DNA of 17,757 nt from Gemmatimonadaceae bacterium (lineage in GTDB: Bacteria > Gemmatimonadota > Gemmatimonadetes > Gemmatimonadales > Gemmatimonadaceae). The stretch spans positions 1-17,757 of the forward strand of contig JBGAJQ010000091.1 of assembly GCA_044224875.1 (NCBI GenBank). Reading direction: 5' to 3'. The translations under genes and the position numbers were made by a program. Shown piece by piece: positions 1 to 9,005 of the stretch. The notes below the pieces were generated by a model. The model worked only from the letters and a program-made list of their open reading frames with translations. It made no database searches and was not told where the DNA came from. How positions within the stretch are numbered: the stretch's first letter is position 1; every line of letters starts with the position of its first letter.

Positions 1-4
1 GCTA

Positions 5-76
5 CGCTCGTTCACCCAACCCGCGCTCCAGTCGGCGGAAGCCACCGCAGCAGTATGACGCCTAACGCGATCATCC
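5..76. repeat. Copy 1 of a ~72-bp diverged direct repeat; on the minus strand it reads as a gene 3' tail (MIALGVILLRWLPPTGARVG*)
   Basis: 41-76 matches 2238-2273 at 35/36 nt. Ungapped extension to 5-76 vs 2202-2273 gives 60/72 by hand count. Confidence 0.9.
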
Positions 77-145
77 GAAGCCCGGCATCGACGAGGTCAA
101 GTCGGCGATGGCCCGCCCCCGTGCGTGGCCATGCCACCAGTGGAC

Positions 146-174
146 TTGACGGTAATACGCGACCTCACTACGAT
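146..174 (+). promoter_or_regulatory. Sigma70-type promoter of the ars locus
   Basis: TTGACG (146-151), 17-nt spacer, TACGAT (169-174). A GGAGG RBS precedes the arsR ATG at 207. Confidence 0.75.
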
Positions 175-189
175 TCGCCATGTGACGAA
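174..189. promoter_or_regulatory. Putative ArsR operator (imperfect inverted repeat)
   Basis: TTCGCCA-tg-TGACGAA (6/7 arm match) lies at the -10/transcription start, with a further TGACGAA at 191-197. This position is typical of ArsR/SmtB autoregulation. Confidence 0.55.
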
Positions 190-206
190 ATGACGAACGG
201 AGGTGC

Positions 207-624
207 ATGCGCGATTTCGAATTGGCCATGAAGGCCGTCAGCGACCCCACCCGCACGCGCATTCTCAAGTTGCTGCAAGGTGGCGGGCTATGCGTCTGTC
301 AGATTCAGGCCGTACTCGGCCTCGCCCCCTCCACCGTCTCCAAGCACCTCGCGATCCTCAAGGTCGCCGGCCTTGTCGACGATCAGCGCGACGGAAAGTG
401 GATCGAGTATGCGCTGACGCGCCACTCCCATAATTCGCATGCCCCGCGGGTCCTTGCCCTGCTGTCGGGTGATCTCGACCGTGACGATCTCGTCATGGCG
501 GACCGCCAGAGACTGCGTGAGATCAAGGCAATCCCGCTGACCGAGCTGTGCTCGCTTCCCGCCGGAAAGGTGCCGGTACCGTCGCGATCCGCGCGGCACG
601 GGCGCAGGCGAAAGGACCGCGCTC

Positions 625-632
<8 letters not shown>
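207..632 (+). CDS. arsR: ArsR/SmtB family metalloregulatory repressor
   Basis: KAVSDPTRTRILKLL, alpha3 CVC motif (GLCVCQI), HTH STVSKHLAILKVAGLV, wing RDGKWIEY. Has an RBS and overlaps the next ORF. Confidence 0.93.
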
Positions 633-2079
<1,447 letters not shown>

Positions 2080-2201
2080 GCGCCGAGCGCGAGCCACGAG
2101 GTATTTCTTGATCACCGGCGCAACCAGCACGCGAGTCACCTTGGTCCCGGTTGGCAACCCGTCGGCACGAACAGGCGGCTGCGCGGATGGCTACTGACTT
2201 C

Positions 2202-2273
2202 CGCTTGCTCACCCCACCGGCGCCACAACCCGCGGCCGCCACCGCAGCAGGATGACGCCTAACGCGATCATCC
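2202..2273. repeat. Copy 2 of the ~72-bp diverged direct repeat
   Basis: See copy 1. The minus strand reads MIALGVILLRWRPRVVAPVG*, with the TGA aligned to that of copy 1. Confidence 0.9.
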
Positions 2274-2295
2274 AGAGGGGAAGCATATAGTTATT
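2209..2295 (-). pseudogene. Probable C-terminal fragment of a membrane protein (NNYMLPLWMIALGVILLRWRPRVVAPVG*), inside a 52-aa ORF at 2209..2367
   Basis: A hydrophobic helix followed by a basic tail and stop. The single difference from copy 1 in the 36-bp core is synonymous (ATA/ATC). Confidence 0.5.
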
Positions 2296-2369
2296 GCGCC
2301 GCGCCCGCATTCGCGTACTGTTCGGCCAAGCGCCAATGAATGCTGGGCCAGCGCAGGGTCCGAGCATGG

Positions 2370-2756
2370 TCAAGTGTCGGGCTCGCCTGCGCGTAAGTCA
2401 CGTTGACGCGCGTCGACGTAGACCCACGCCCTCGTTCCCGACTTCAACAGAACCGGAACGCGCTCGTAGCCGTCAGGTTCGTAGTCGTCAGCTTGTTGAA
2501 GCTCGCTCGTGGTGACGGTCAAGGTGGCACCTTCCACCACGTCCGCCGAGTCACCCGTGAATTGTATGATGCGTTGAATCGCTCCGTTCACCGCCGCGAA
2601 CGCCGCGTCGTCGATCCGAACCGTCGCCAGCCGATAGCCGACGAGACTATCGGGACGCCCCTCCAGTCGCCGTCCGAACGTCGCGAGTTGAACGGCCTCA
2701 GTCTGTAGCGTACCGTAGGAGAACAGGTGCTCCGTTTCTGCGTCTTGAGGGCTCAA
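2370..2756 (-). CDS. Gamma-glutamylcyclotransferase (GGCT/AIG2-like) family protein
   Basis: HLFSYGTLQ motif, VVEG, ELQQADDYEPDGYERV and AWVYV. Probable TTG start at 2756 after AGGAG/GAGGA; the ORF-track extension to 2954 is not family-like. Confidence 0.85.
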   Translation of the reverse strand: MSPQDAETEHLFSYGTLQTEAVQLATFGRRLEGRPDSLVGYRLATVRIDDAAFAAVNGAIQRIIQFTGDSADVVEGATLTVTTSELQQADDYEPDGYERVPVLLKSGTRAWVYVDARQRDLRAGEPDT

Positions 2757-2851
2757 TGATCCTCGCTCCTGCGAGCTGCGACGTTGAGATTCGCCGTAAT
2801 CTAAGGGCGTGTGTTCTACACGACCGAGTCGCCCACACGCGCGCCATGTGC

Positions 2852-2986
2852 AAGGATCTGCTGACGATGCCGGAAGAAGAGATCCCGGGGATGCGGGTCT
2901 TGATGACGATGGTGGGCGGCAAAGTGGTGTATCGCCGCGACGCGCGCGGCACAAAACCTCACCTCACTCCTTCTTCCGCCCAATGA
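2852..2986 (+). pseudogene. C-terminal stub of an amidohydrolase-3 (YtcJ-like) gene
   Basis: KDLLTMPEEEIPGMRVLMTMVGGKVVYRR matches the family's terminal pattern (DLL....eI....Vl.TvvgG.vVy). There is no room upstream for the catalytic barrel. Confidence 0.7.
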
Positions 2987-3566
2987 ACTGCACCACGGAC
3001 GCCAGCCCCGTGTGCCCCTGCCCCTCCACCACTTCACGTTCAACCTCGCGGAGATGAAGCACCTCCAGGCCCGGCAACTCCCGCCGGAGTTTGTCCTGCG
3101 TCATCAGCATGTCCGCGTCCTTCGGTCCACCCGTGCTGCGAGCCAGCTGACTCTCGCTATACGCCTCTAGCAACAGGATGCCACCGGGCTTGAGCGCTGC
3201 TTCCAACATGGGATAGAGCCTGTGGCGAATCGCGCTCGGCAGGTGCGCCGAAATCGAGATGATCGAACCAAAGTGGTTTGGCTCGGGCTCGTACTCGCCA
3301 AGGTCGGCCAGCACCGTCTCGATCGCCACGCCGCGCTCGCGCGCGAGCTGCTCGGCGTGGGCCAGCGCAACGCTCGAAATATCCACGCCGACGACCTTGA
3401 GCCCACGCGAGGCCAGAAACACCGCGTTCCGGCCTTCACCCTCCGACAGCGACAACACGGGGGAGGCGAGTCGTCCACAGTGCTCAGCCAGGAAGGAGTT
3501 CGGTTCTGTGCCGTACAGGTACGTCCCGGCGGCGTAGCGGGTGTTCCAGAAAGTCTCGTCGTCCAT
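2964..3566 (-). CDS. Class I SAM-dependent methyltransferase (TehB-like)
   Basis: FWNTRY..YLYGTEPNSFL, motif I VLSLSEGEGRNAVFLA, VVGVDISSVAL, LKPGGILLLEAY, TGGPKD. Confidence 0.9.
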   Translation of the reverse strand: MDDETFWNTRYAAGTYLYGTEPNSFLAEHCGRLASPVLSLSEGEGRNAVFLASRGLKVVGVDISSVALAHAEQLARERGVAIETVLADLGEYEPEPNHFGSIISISAHLPSAIRHRLYPMLEAALKPGGILLLEAYSESQLARSTGGPKDADMLMTQDKLRRELPGLEVLHLREVEREVVEGQGHTGLASVVQFIGRKKE

Positions 3567-3716
3567 GGTTGCTCGTGGCCTAACGTTGGGTGAAATGAAT
3601 TCGGAGAGTGCCTGAGGACAATAGATCCAAGAAGGTCATGGAAGGAAGCACTATGGGATCCAGTCAGTGAAGACGCTCCGCGAGCGCACTTTCGCCGCAC
3701 GCACACGCCCCCGTCC

Positions 3717-3791
3717 CTGTCCGCTGATCCCTGACAGCAGGGCGCATCTCCCCGACGGACGGCAGAGAGCTCGATCGGCACTGTTCAGGCA
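3717..3791 (+). promoter_or_regulatory. Possible activator site plus sigma54-like -24/-12 promoter for the ABC operon
   Basis: CTGTC-N11-GACAG palindrome (3717-3737). GG-N10-GC (CGGCACTGTTCAGGCA, 3776-3791) lies ~30 nt before the ATG, but the -12 element deviates from TTGC. Confidence 0.35.
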
Positions 3792-3819
3792 CGGGAACCA
3801 CGTGACTCGGTGAGGAACG

Positions 3820-4569
3820 ATGGCGACCATCATTGCGCCGGACATTGAGCGCAGGCGGGACGCGCCCTCCGTGATCTTCCATGCGCAAGGCCTCACCAAG
3901 ATGTACCAGATGGGTGAGGTCACCGTGCAAGCGCTGCAGGGTATCGACCTCGACCTGTTCGACGGGGAGTTCATCGTCATCCTGGGTCCCTCCGGCAGTG
4001 GAAAGTCGACGCTGCTGAACATCCTCGGTGGGCTGGACGCGCCGACCAGCGGTAAGGTGGTGTTCCGTGACCATCACCTGGTTGGCGCCAACGATCGGGA
4101 GCTCACACGCTATCGTCGCGAGCACGTCGGGTTCGTCTTCCAGTTCTACAACCTCATTCCCAGCCTAACGGCGCTGGAAAATGTCGCGCTCGTCACGGAC
4201 ATCGCCGAGTGCGCCATGCCACCGGCGGACGCGCTTCGAATCGTCGGTCTGGGCGAGCGGCTCGATCACTTCCCAGCCCAGCTGTCCGGCGGAGAACAGC
4301 AGCGCGTGGCGATCGCGCGAGCCATCGCCAAGCGGCCGGACGTGCTCCTCTGCGATGAACCGACCGGCGCCCTTGACGCAGAGACCGGGAAGCTGGTGCT
4401 CGAGGCACTCATGCAAGTGAACGCGCAGCTCGGGACCACCACCGTCGTGATCACGCATAACGCCGCGATCGCACGACTCGCTCATCGCGTGTTGTACATG
4501 CGGAGCGGCCGTATTGCGTCGGAAGAGCGCAATACGACGCGCGCCACGCCGGCGGAGCTGGAGTGGTGA
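3820..4569 (+). CDS. ABC transporter ATP-binding protein (MacB/LolD-like)
   Basis: Walker [11 protein letters not shown]-loop GFVFQFYNL, signature LSGGEQQR, Walker [13 protein letters not shown]-loop ITHN. GAGGA RBS. Confidence 0.96.
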   Translation: MATIIAPDIERRRDAPSVIFHAQGLTKMYQMGEVTVQALQGIDLDLFDGEFIVILGPSGSGKSTLLNILGGLDAPTSGKVVFRDHHLVGANDRELTRYRREHVGFVFQFYNLIPSLTALENVALVTDIAECAMPPADALRIVGLGERLDHFPAQLSGGEQQRVAIARAIAKRPDVLLCDEPTGALDAETGKLVLEALMQVNAQLGTTTVVITHNAAIARLAHRVLYMRSGRIASEERNTTRATPAELEW

Positions 4570-4572
4570 GCG

Positions 4573-6936
4573 ATGCGCGCCCTGGACCGCAAACTGTGGC
4601 GCGATGCCTGGCACTACCGCAGCCAGCTGGCGGCGATCATTGCCGTCGTGGCCTGCGGCATCGCGCTCTTCGTCACGCTCCGCAGCATGAACGGGTTTCT
4701 TCGCGGCTCGCGCGACCGCTTCTATGCGACATCACGCTTTGCGGATATTTTCGCACCGCTGAAGCGCGCGCCTAACGCAGTCTCGGTCGCCGCCGCTGAA
4801 CTGCCAGGCGTGGCCGCGGTGTCTGCCCGAGTGGTCAAGGAGGTCACGCTCGATGTCAGGGGGCTGAGGGAGCCAGCGGTCGGCCGGCTCGTCTCGGTCG
4901 CCGTCCCTCGCACGCCGTCACTGAACGAGGTGCACCTGACGGCCGGACGGTGGCCGGACGCTGGTGAGCCTGACGAGGTCATCGTTAGCGCTGCCTTCGC
5001 GCGGGCGAATCACCTCTCGCCAGGCGACTCGGTCGGGGCGGTGGTCAATGGCCGCTGGCACTGGCTCACGATTGCGGGCGCTGGGATCTCGCCGGAGTAT
5101 GTCTACGAGGTCAGTGGAGCCGCGATCTTTCCGGACAGCCGACGCTTTGGTGTCCTGTGGATGGGGAAACAGGCCCTCGAGAACGCCTTCGACATGAGCG
5201 GGGCGTTCAACGACCTAACGCTGCGCCTTGCACGCGGTGCTTCGGAACGCGGCGTCATCGATGAGGTCGACCGGCTGCTGCGCCGGTACGGCGGCGTCGG
5301 AGCGTTCGGTCGCTCCGGGCAGATGTCGCACCAGTTCCTCAGTGGCGAGATCGACGAGACGCAAGTCACGAGCATCCTTCTCCCCGCGATCTTCCTTGGA
5401 GTCACGGCATTCCTGCTCCACATCGTCCTGTCCCGTCTCGTTGGCACGCAGCGCGAGCAGCTCGCGACGCTCAAGGCCTTTGGGTACTCCAATGCGTCGA
5501 TCGGAGCGCACTATCTCTCGCTGGCCCTGATTCCCGTCGGATTGGGCAGCGTGCTTGGCGCAGGAGCCGGCCTCGTGTTCGCGAACAATCTCGCGGACGT
5601 TTATGCCAGGTTCTTTCAGTTTCCCACGGTCGACTTCCGTCCGGACTGGTGGGTCGTCTTGATCGCCGTGGCCATCGGTGCAGGAGCGGGATCGTTCGGT
5701 GCGCTGGGGGCAGTGGTACGAACCGTCGGACTTGCTCCCGCGTCCGCCATGCGACCGGAAGCGCCAGCGCGCTACCGTCCTGGGATTCTCGAACGCTTCC
5801 ACGCCTTCCGGTCGATGTCGACAGCGTTCCGCATCATCGTGCGCAACGTCGAGCGGCATCCGCTGAAGGCGGCGCTCTCCGTGACCGGTATTGCACTCGC
5901 AGTCGGCATGGTCGTCACGACCTTGTCGCTCTTCGACGTCATGCAGGTGATGAAAGACCTGCAGTTTCATGCGATCTCACGCGAAGATGTCACGGTCGTC
6001 TTTGATGCACCGCGGGAGACCCATGCGGCACCATCACTGGCACGGCTTCCTGGTGTGCTCGGTTCGGAAGGGTTCCGAGCCGTACCCGTTCGCCTACGCG
6101 GCCCTGGGGGCACGTATCGCACGGCGATCGTTGGCCTGTCGCGCGACGGGCGGTTGCATCGCGTCATCGACCGCAAGTGGCATGAACAGCAACTGCCTGC
6201 GGACGGCCTTCTGGTCTCCGCCGTTCTCAGCAACATACTCGGCGTTAGGCGAGGTGGCACCGTTGTGCTCGCGGTGCTCGAAGGAGAGCGTCAGACGCGC
6301 ACCATCCAGGTGGCCGGTGTCGTTGACGATCTCTTCGGTGCCACGGCGTACATGGCAGACGACGCCCTCCATCGACTGATGGGAGGCGGTGCGGTGGTGT
6401 CCGGAGCGTATCTCAGCGTCGACCCTCGCCTCGCCGACAGCCTGTACGCGCGGCTCAAGCGGCTCCCCGCGGTGAGCGGCGTCAGCGTCCGAGACGCCGA
6501 ACTGAAGGGCTTCGAGAGCACGATCGCCGAGAGCTTCAACATCTCGCTGTACACCACGATGATCTTCGCCTGCGTGATCGCGTTCGGCGTCGTGTACAAC
6601 GGCGCGCGCGTGGCGCTGTCGGAGCGAGGACGCGAACTCGCCAGCCTCCGCGTCCTTGGCTTCTCGAAGCAGGAAGTGACCCAGATGCTGCTCGGCGAGC
6701 AGGCGCTGCTGATCGGGCTCGGAATACCGATGGGTCTCCTGATCACCTACTCACTCTGCTGGCTTATCTCGGCCCGGTTTGAGTCTGAGCTGTATCGGAT
6801 TCCGGTAGTCGTGACGCTGCCGTCGTTCCTTGTTGGCGTGGTGGTGGTGCTGGTCTCGGGAGTGCTCTCCGCGCTGGCAGTGCGAGGCCGTGTGAGAAGC
6901 CTCGACCTTGTGGCCGTGCTGAAAACCAGGGAGTGA
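4573..6936 (+). CDS. ABC transporter permease with duplicated MacB/FtsX-like domains
   Basis: Two FtsX-type motifs (QREQLATLKAFGYS and ERGRELASLRVLGFS), large periplasmic loops, 3-nt spacing to its neighbours. Confidence 0.93.
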   Translation: MRALDRKLWRDAWHYRSQLAAIIAVVACGIALFVTLRSMNGFLRGSRDRFYATSRFADIFAPLKRAPNAVSVAAAELPGVAAVSARVVKEVTLDVRGLREPAVGRLVSVAVPRTPSLNEVHLTAGRWPDAGEPDEVIVSAAFARANHLSPGDSVGAVVNGRWHWLTIAGAGISPEYVYEVSGAAIFPDSRRFGVLWMGKQALENAFDMSGAFNDLTLRLARGASERGVIDEVDRLLRRYGGVGAFGRSGQMSHQFLSGEIDETQVTSILLPAIFLGVTAFLLHIVLSRLVGTQREQLATLKAFGYSNASIGAHYLSLALIPVGLGSVLGAGAGLVFANNLADVYARFFQFPTVDFRPDWWVVLIAVAIGAGAGSFGALGAVVRTVGLAPASAMRPEAPARYRPGILERFHAFRSMSTAFRIIVRNVERHPLKAALSVTGIALAVGMVVTTLSLFDVMQVMKDLQFHAISREDVTVVFDAPRETHAAPSLARLPGVLGSEGFRAVPVRLRGPGGTYRTAIVGLSRDGRLHRVIDRKWHEQQLPADGLLVSAVLSNILGVRRGGTVVLAVLEGERQTRTIQVAGVVDDLFGATAYMADDALHRLMGGGAVVSGAYLSVDPRLADSLYARLKRLPAVSGVSVRDAELKGFESTIAESFNISLYTTMIFACVIAFGVVYNGARVALSERGRELASLRVLGFSKQEVTQMLLGEQALLIGLGIPMGLLITYSLCWLISARFESELYRIPVVVTLPSFLVGVVVVLVSGVLSALAVRGRVRSLDLVAVLKTRE

Positions 6937-6939
6937 CCA

Positions 6940-8115
6940 ATGCGAATGCAACGCAAGCACCTGATCGTGGCGGCCCTTGTCGGCGCTCTAACGCTGGCGG
7001 TCGGTATCGCCCTGCGACCCATGCCGCTGACCGTCGAGCTGGCGCGTGTTGAACGCGGTCCGCTGCAAGTGACGATCGACGAAGATGGCCTAACGCGCGT
7101 CAAGCACCACGCCGAAATTACCGCGCCGGTGAGCGGGCGTCTGGCCGAGGGCCGGGTGCGGGTGGGTGACTCCGTGACCGCGGGGATGATTGTCGCCACC
7201 ATGTCGCCAGCACCGCTCGATCCACGGACGCGCGCGCAAGCTGAAGCGTCGCTTCAGGCGGCCGTTTCCTTGCGGCAGGAGGCAGAGGCTCGCGTAGAGC
7301 AAGCCAGAGTGGCGTTGACTGAGGCGACCCGCGCACGCGCGCGCACGGCGCAACTCGAGAAGGTGGGAGGCGCCTCGCAGCGCGAGCTCGAGCAGGCCGT
7401 CGATGCCGACCGCTTGCGGAGTCGCGACCTCGCCGCGGCCAACGCCAGGTTGCATGCGGCGCAACAGGAAGAACGGCGTGCGCGGCTCTCGCTCGTTTCG
7501 TCGAATCCATCGGCGGAGGAACGGGCGTCGCGCGTGCTGTTGCGCGCGCCGATTGCCGGACGGGTACTGCGGCTCTTTGAGGAGCACGATCGCGTCGTGG
7601 CCGCTGGGACGTCGCTCATCGAAATCGGAGACCCTGCCAGCCTCGAGGTTGTCGTGGATGTCCTCACCCGCGACGCCGCCGAGATCAGGGTTGGCGCACC
7701 GATGCTCATACACATTGGAGGTGGTAAGGCCGTCCGCGGCTGCGTGAGCAGGTTGGAGCCGGCGGCATTCACGAAAGTGTCGCCACTGGGCATCGAAGAA
7801 CAGCGCGTGAATGTCATTGGAGAACTTCTCGAGCCCGTGACGGCCGGCGACCGTTTTGAGGTCGAAGCATCAATCGAGGTCTGGGAATCTCCGGACGTAA
7901 CGCGTCTACCGACGAGTGCGCTGGTTCCGGTCGGCTCTGGATGGGGGACGTTCGTCGTCTCGGCCGGGCGTGCCAGCCTACGGCAGGTGGAGATCGGACG
8001 GCGTGGGACGCTGGCGGCCGAAGTCCGAGCCGGCGTCGCCGCCGGTGACTCCGTTGTCATCCACCCTGACGATCGACTACGCGACGGAAGCCGCGTTGCT
8101 GTGAATCGAAAGTAG
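6940..8115 (+). CDS. Efflux periplasmic adaptor subunit (HlyD/MacA-like membrane fusion protein)
   Basis: N-terminal anchor, lipoyl halves ITAPVSGRL and LRAPIAGRVL, alpha-helical hairpin, AFTKVSPLGIEEQRVNVI. Confidence 0.93.
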   Translation: MRMQRKHLIVAALVGALTLAVGIALRPMPLTVELARVERGPLQVTIDEDGLTRVKHHAEITAPVSGRLAEGRVRVGDSVTAGMIVATMSPAPLDPRTRAQAEASLQAAVSLRQEAEARVEQARVALTEATRARARTAQLEKVGGASQRELEQAVDADRLRSRDLAAANARLHAAQQEERRARLSLVSSNPSAEERASRVLLRAPIAGRVLRLFEEHDRVVAAGTSLIEIGDPASLEVVVDVLTRDAAEIRVGAPMLIHIGGGKAVRGCVSRLEPAAFTKVSPLGIEEQRVNVIGELLEPVTAGDRFEVEASIEVWESPDVTRLPTSALVPVGSGWGTFVVSAGRASLRQVEIGRRGTLAAEVRAGVAAGDSVVIHPDDRLRDGSRVAVNRK

Positions 8116-8122
8116 GGATGCC

Positions 8123-8263
8123 GTGGAGACCGTTCCGCTGCAGAGGGAGGCGGCCGCTCCCTGGTACCGCCGAGAAGCGGCGGAGGTGCTGGCTACGCTC
8201 GACTCGACGGCGGCACGCGGGCTGACCACCAACGAAGCGCAAAAGCGCAGGCATACGAACGGA
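8123..8263 (+). pseudogene. N-terminal stub of a cation-transporting P-type ATPase
   Basis: WYRREAAEVLATLDSTAARGLTTNEAQKRR..NG matches the Cation_ATPase_N pattern (W....eEvl..l.....GLt..EA..R...G.N). Similarity is lost after ~codon 47. The GTG start lies 7 nt after the adaptor stop. Confidence 0.75.
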
Positions 8264-8265
8264 AG

Positions 8266-8365
8266 GTGTTGGAGCTGCGCCAGCCGCGCGTCGCCGGTGC
8301 CGCACCTGCCCGCGCTCCCAGAATGCACGCCGATCCGCCTCTGGCGCCTTCACCAGCTCCAACAC
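8266..8365. repeat. 12-bp perfect inverted repeat with additional inner pairing
   Basis: GTGTTGGAGCTG (8266-8277) / CAGCTCCAACAC (8354-8365), with inner CGCCAG (8278-8283) / CTGGCG (8341-8346). Confidence 0.75.
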
Positions 8366-8442
8366 TGCCGCCAGCAGCGCCGTACCGCGAGCCGTGCCGA
8401 GGATGATCGAGCTCCGCCGCGGCAAAGCGCACGCTCCACCCC

Positions 8443-8471
8443 TTGGCGCGGAGCCCCAGAGGGTTCATAAT
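8443..8471 (+). promoter_or_regulatory. Possible sigma70-type promoter for the 8529 gene
   Basis: TTGGCG, 17-nt spacer, CATAAT. Confidence 0.45.
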
Positions 8472-8528
8472 TGAGCTGGCGGCCGGCTGAGCCGCACACC
8501 ATTCTCTCGTGCGCCGGGCACTTCGACC

Positions 8529-8996
8529 ATGAACAAGACCGCGCTCTCCCTTTGCCTTGCCCTGCTCCTGCCTGGCGCGCAACTCGCCGCCCAGGCGGAC
8601 GGCGCACGTCCGAACTTCACGGGCACGTGGAAGCTCGTCCAGGAGATATCGCCGTTCACGTCGCCGTTGCCGAACCTGGTGCATCGCATCGAGCACACCG
8701 GCACCACGTTTGCGATCACGATTTTCGAGGACGACACGCTCAGCCGAGCGCGCGAGGCCATTGAGATTGGCGCGCCTGCGGTGGAGCTGCCGCCCACCCC
8801 GTGCTGCGGCCCGGCCACCGCGCGCTTCTGGTGGGACGGCAACCGCTTGCTCAAAGCCAGCATCGCCTGGAAAGGTGGATCGCAGGAGGACGTGCGCAGC
8901 CTCACCTCGGACGGCAAGACGATGACGCTGGAACGCACCATCAAGGAGAATGGTGTCCAGCGCGTGATCGTCTGGGTGTACGAAAAGCAGCCGTAA
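8529..8996 (+). CDS. Secreted hypothetical protein, probable lipocalin-like beta-barrel
   Basis: Sec signal peptide ending AQA, PNFTGTWKLV motif, late RSLTSDGKTMTLER strand pattern, VYEK end. Confidence 0.8.
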   Translation: MNKTALSLCLALLLPGAQLAAQADGARPNFTGTWKLVQEISPFTSPLPNLVHRIEHTGTTFAITIFEDDTLSRAREAIEIGAPAVELPPTPCCGPATARFWWDGNRLLKASIAWKGGSQEDVRSLTSDGKTMTLERTIKENGVQRVIVWVYEKQP

Positions 8997-9005
8997 GCGC
9001 CGCCG

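Noticed and set aside
74..149. PKPGIDEVKSAM... as the tail of a small thioredoxin-like ars accessory gene
   Set aside because: The resemblance is too short and vague to support without a search.
2964..3566. Methyltransferase as ArsM (arsenite methyltransferase) because it is near the ars genes
   Set aside because: It has only one Cys and no ArsM cysteine set, its motifs are TehB-like, and it is on the opposite strand and separated from the operon.
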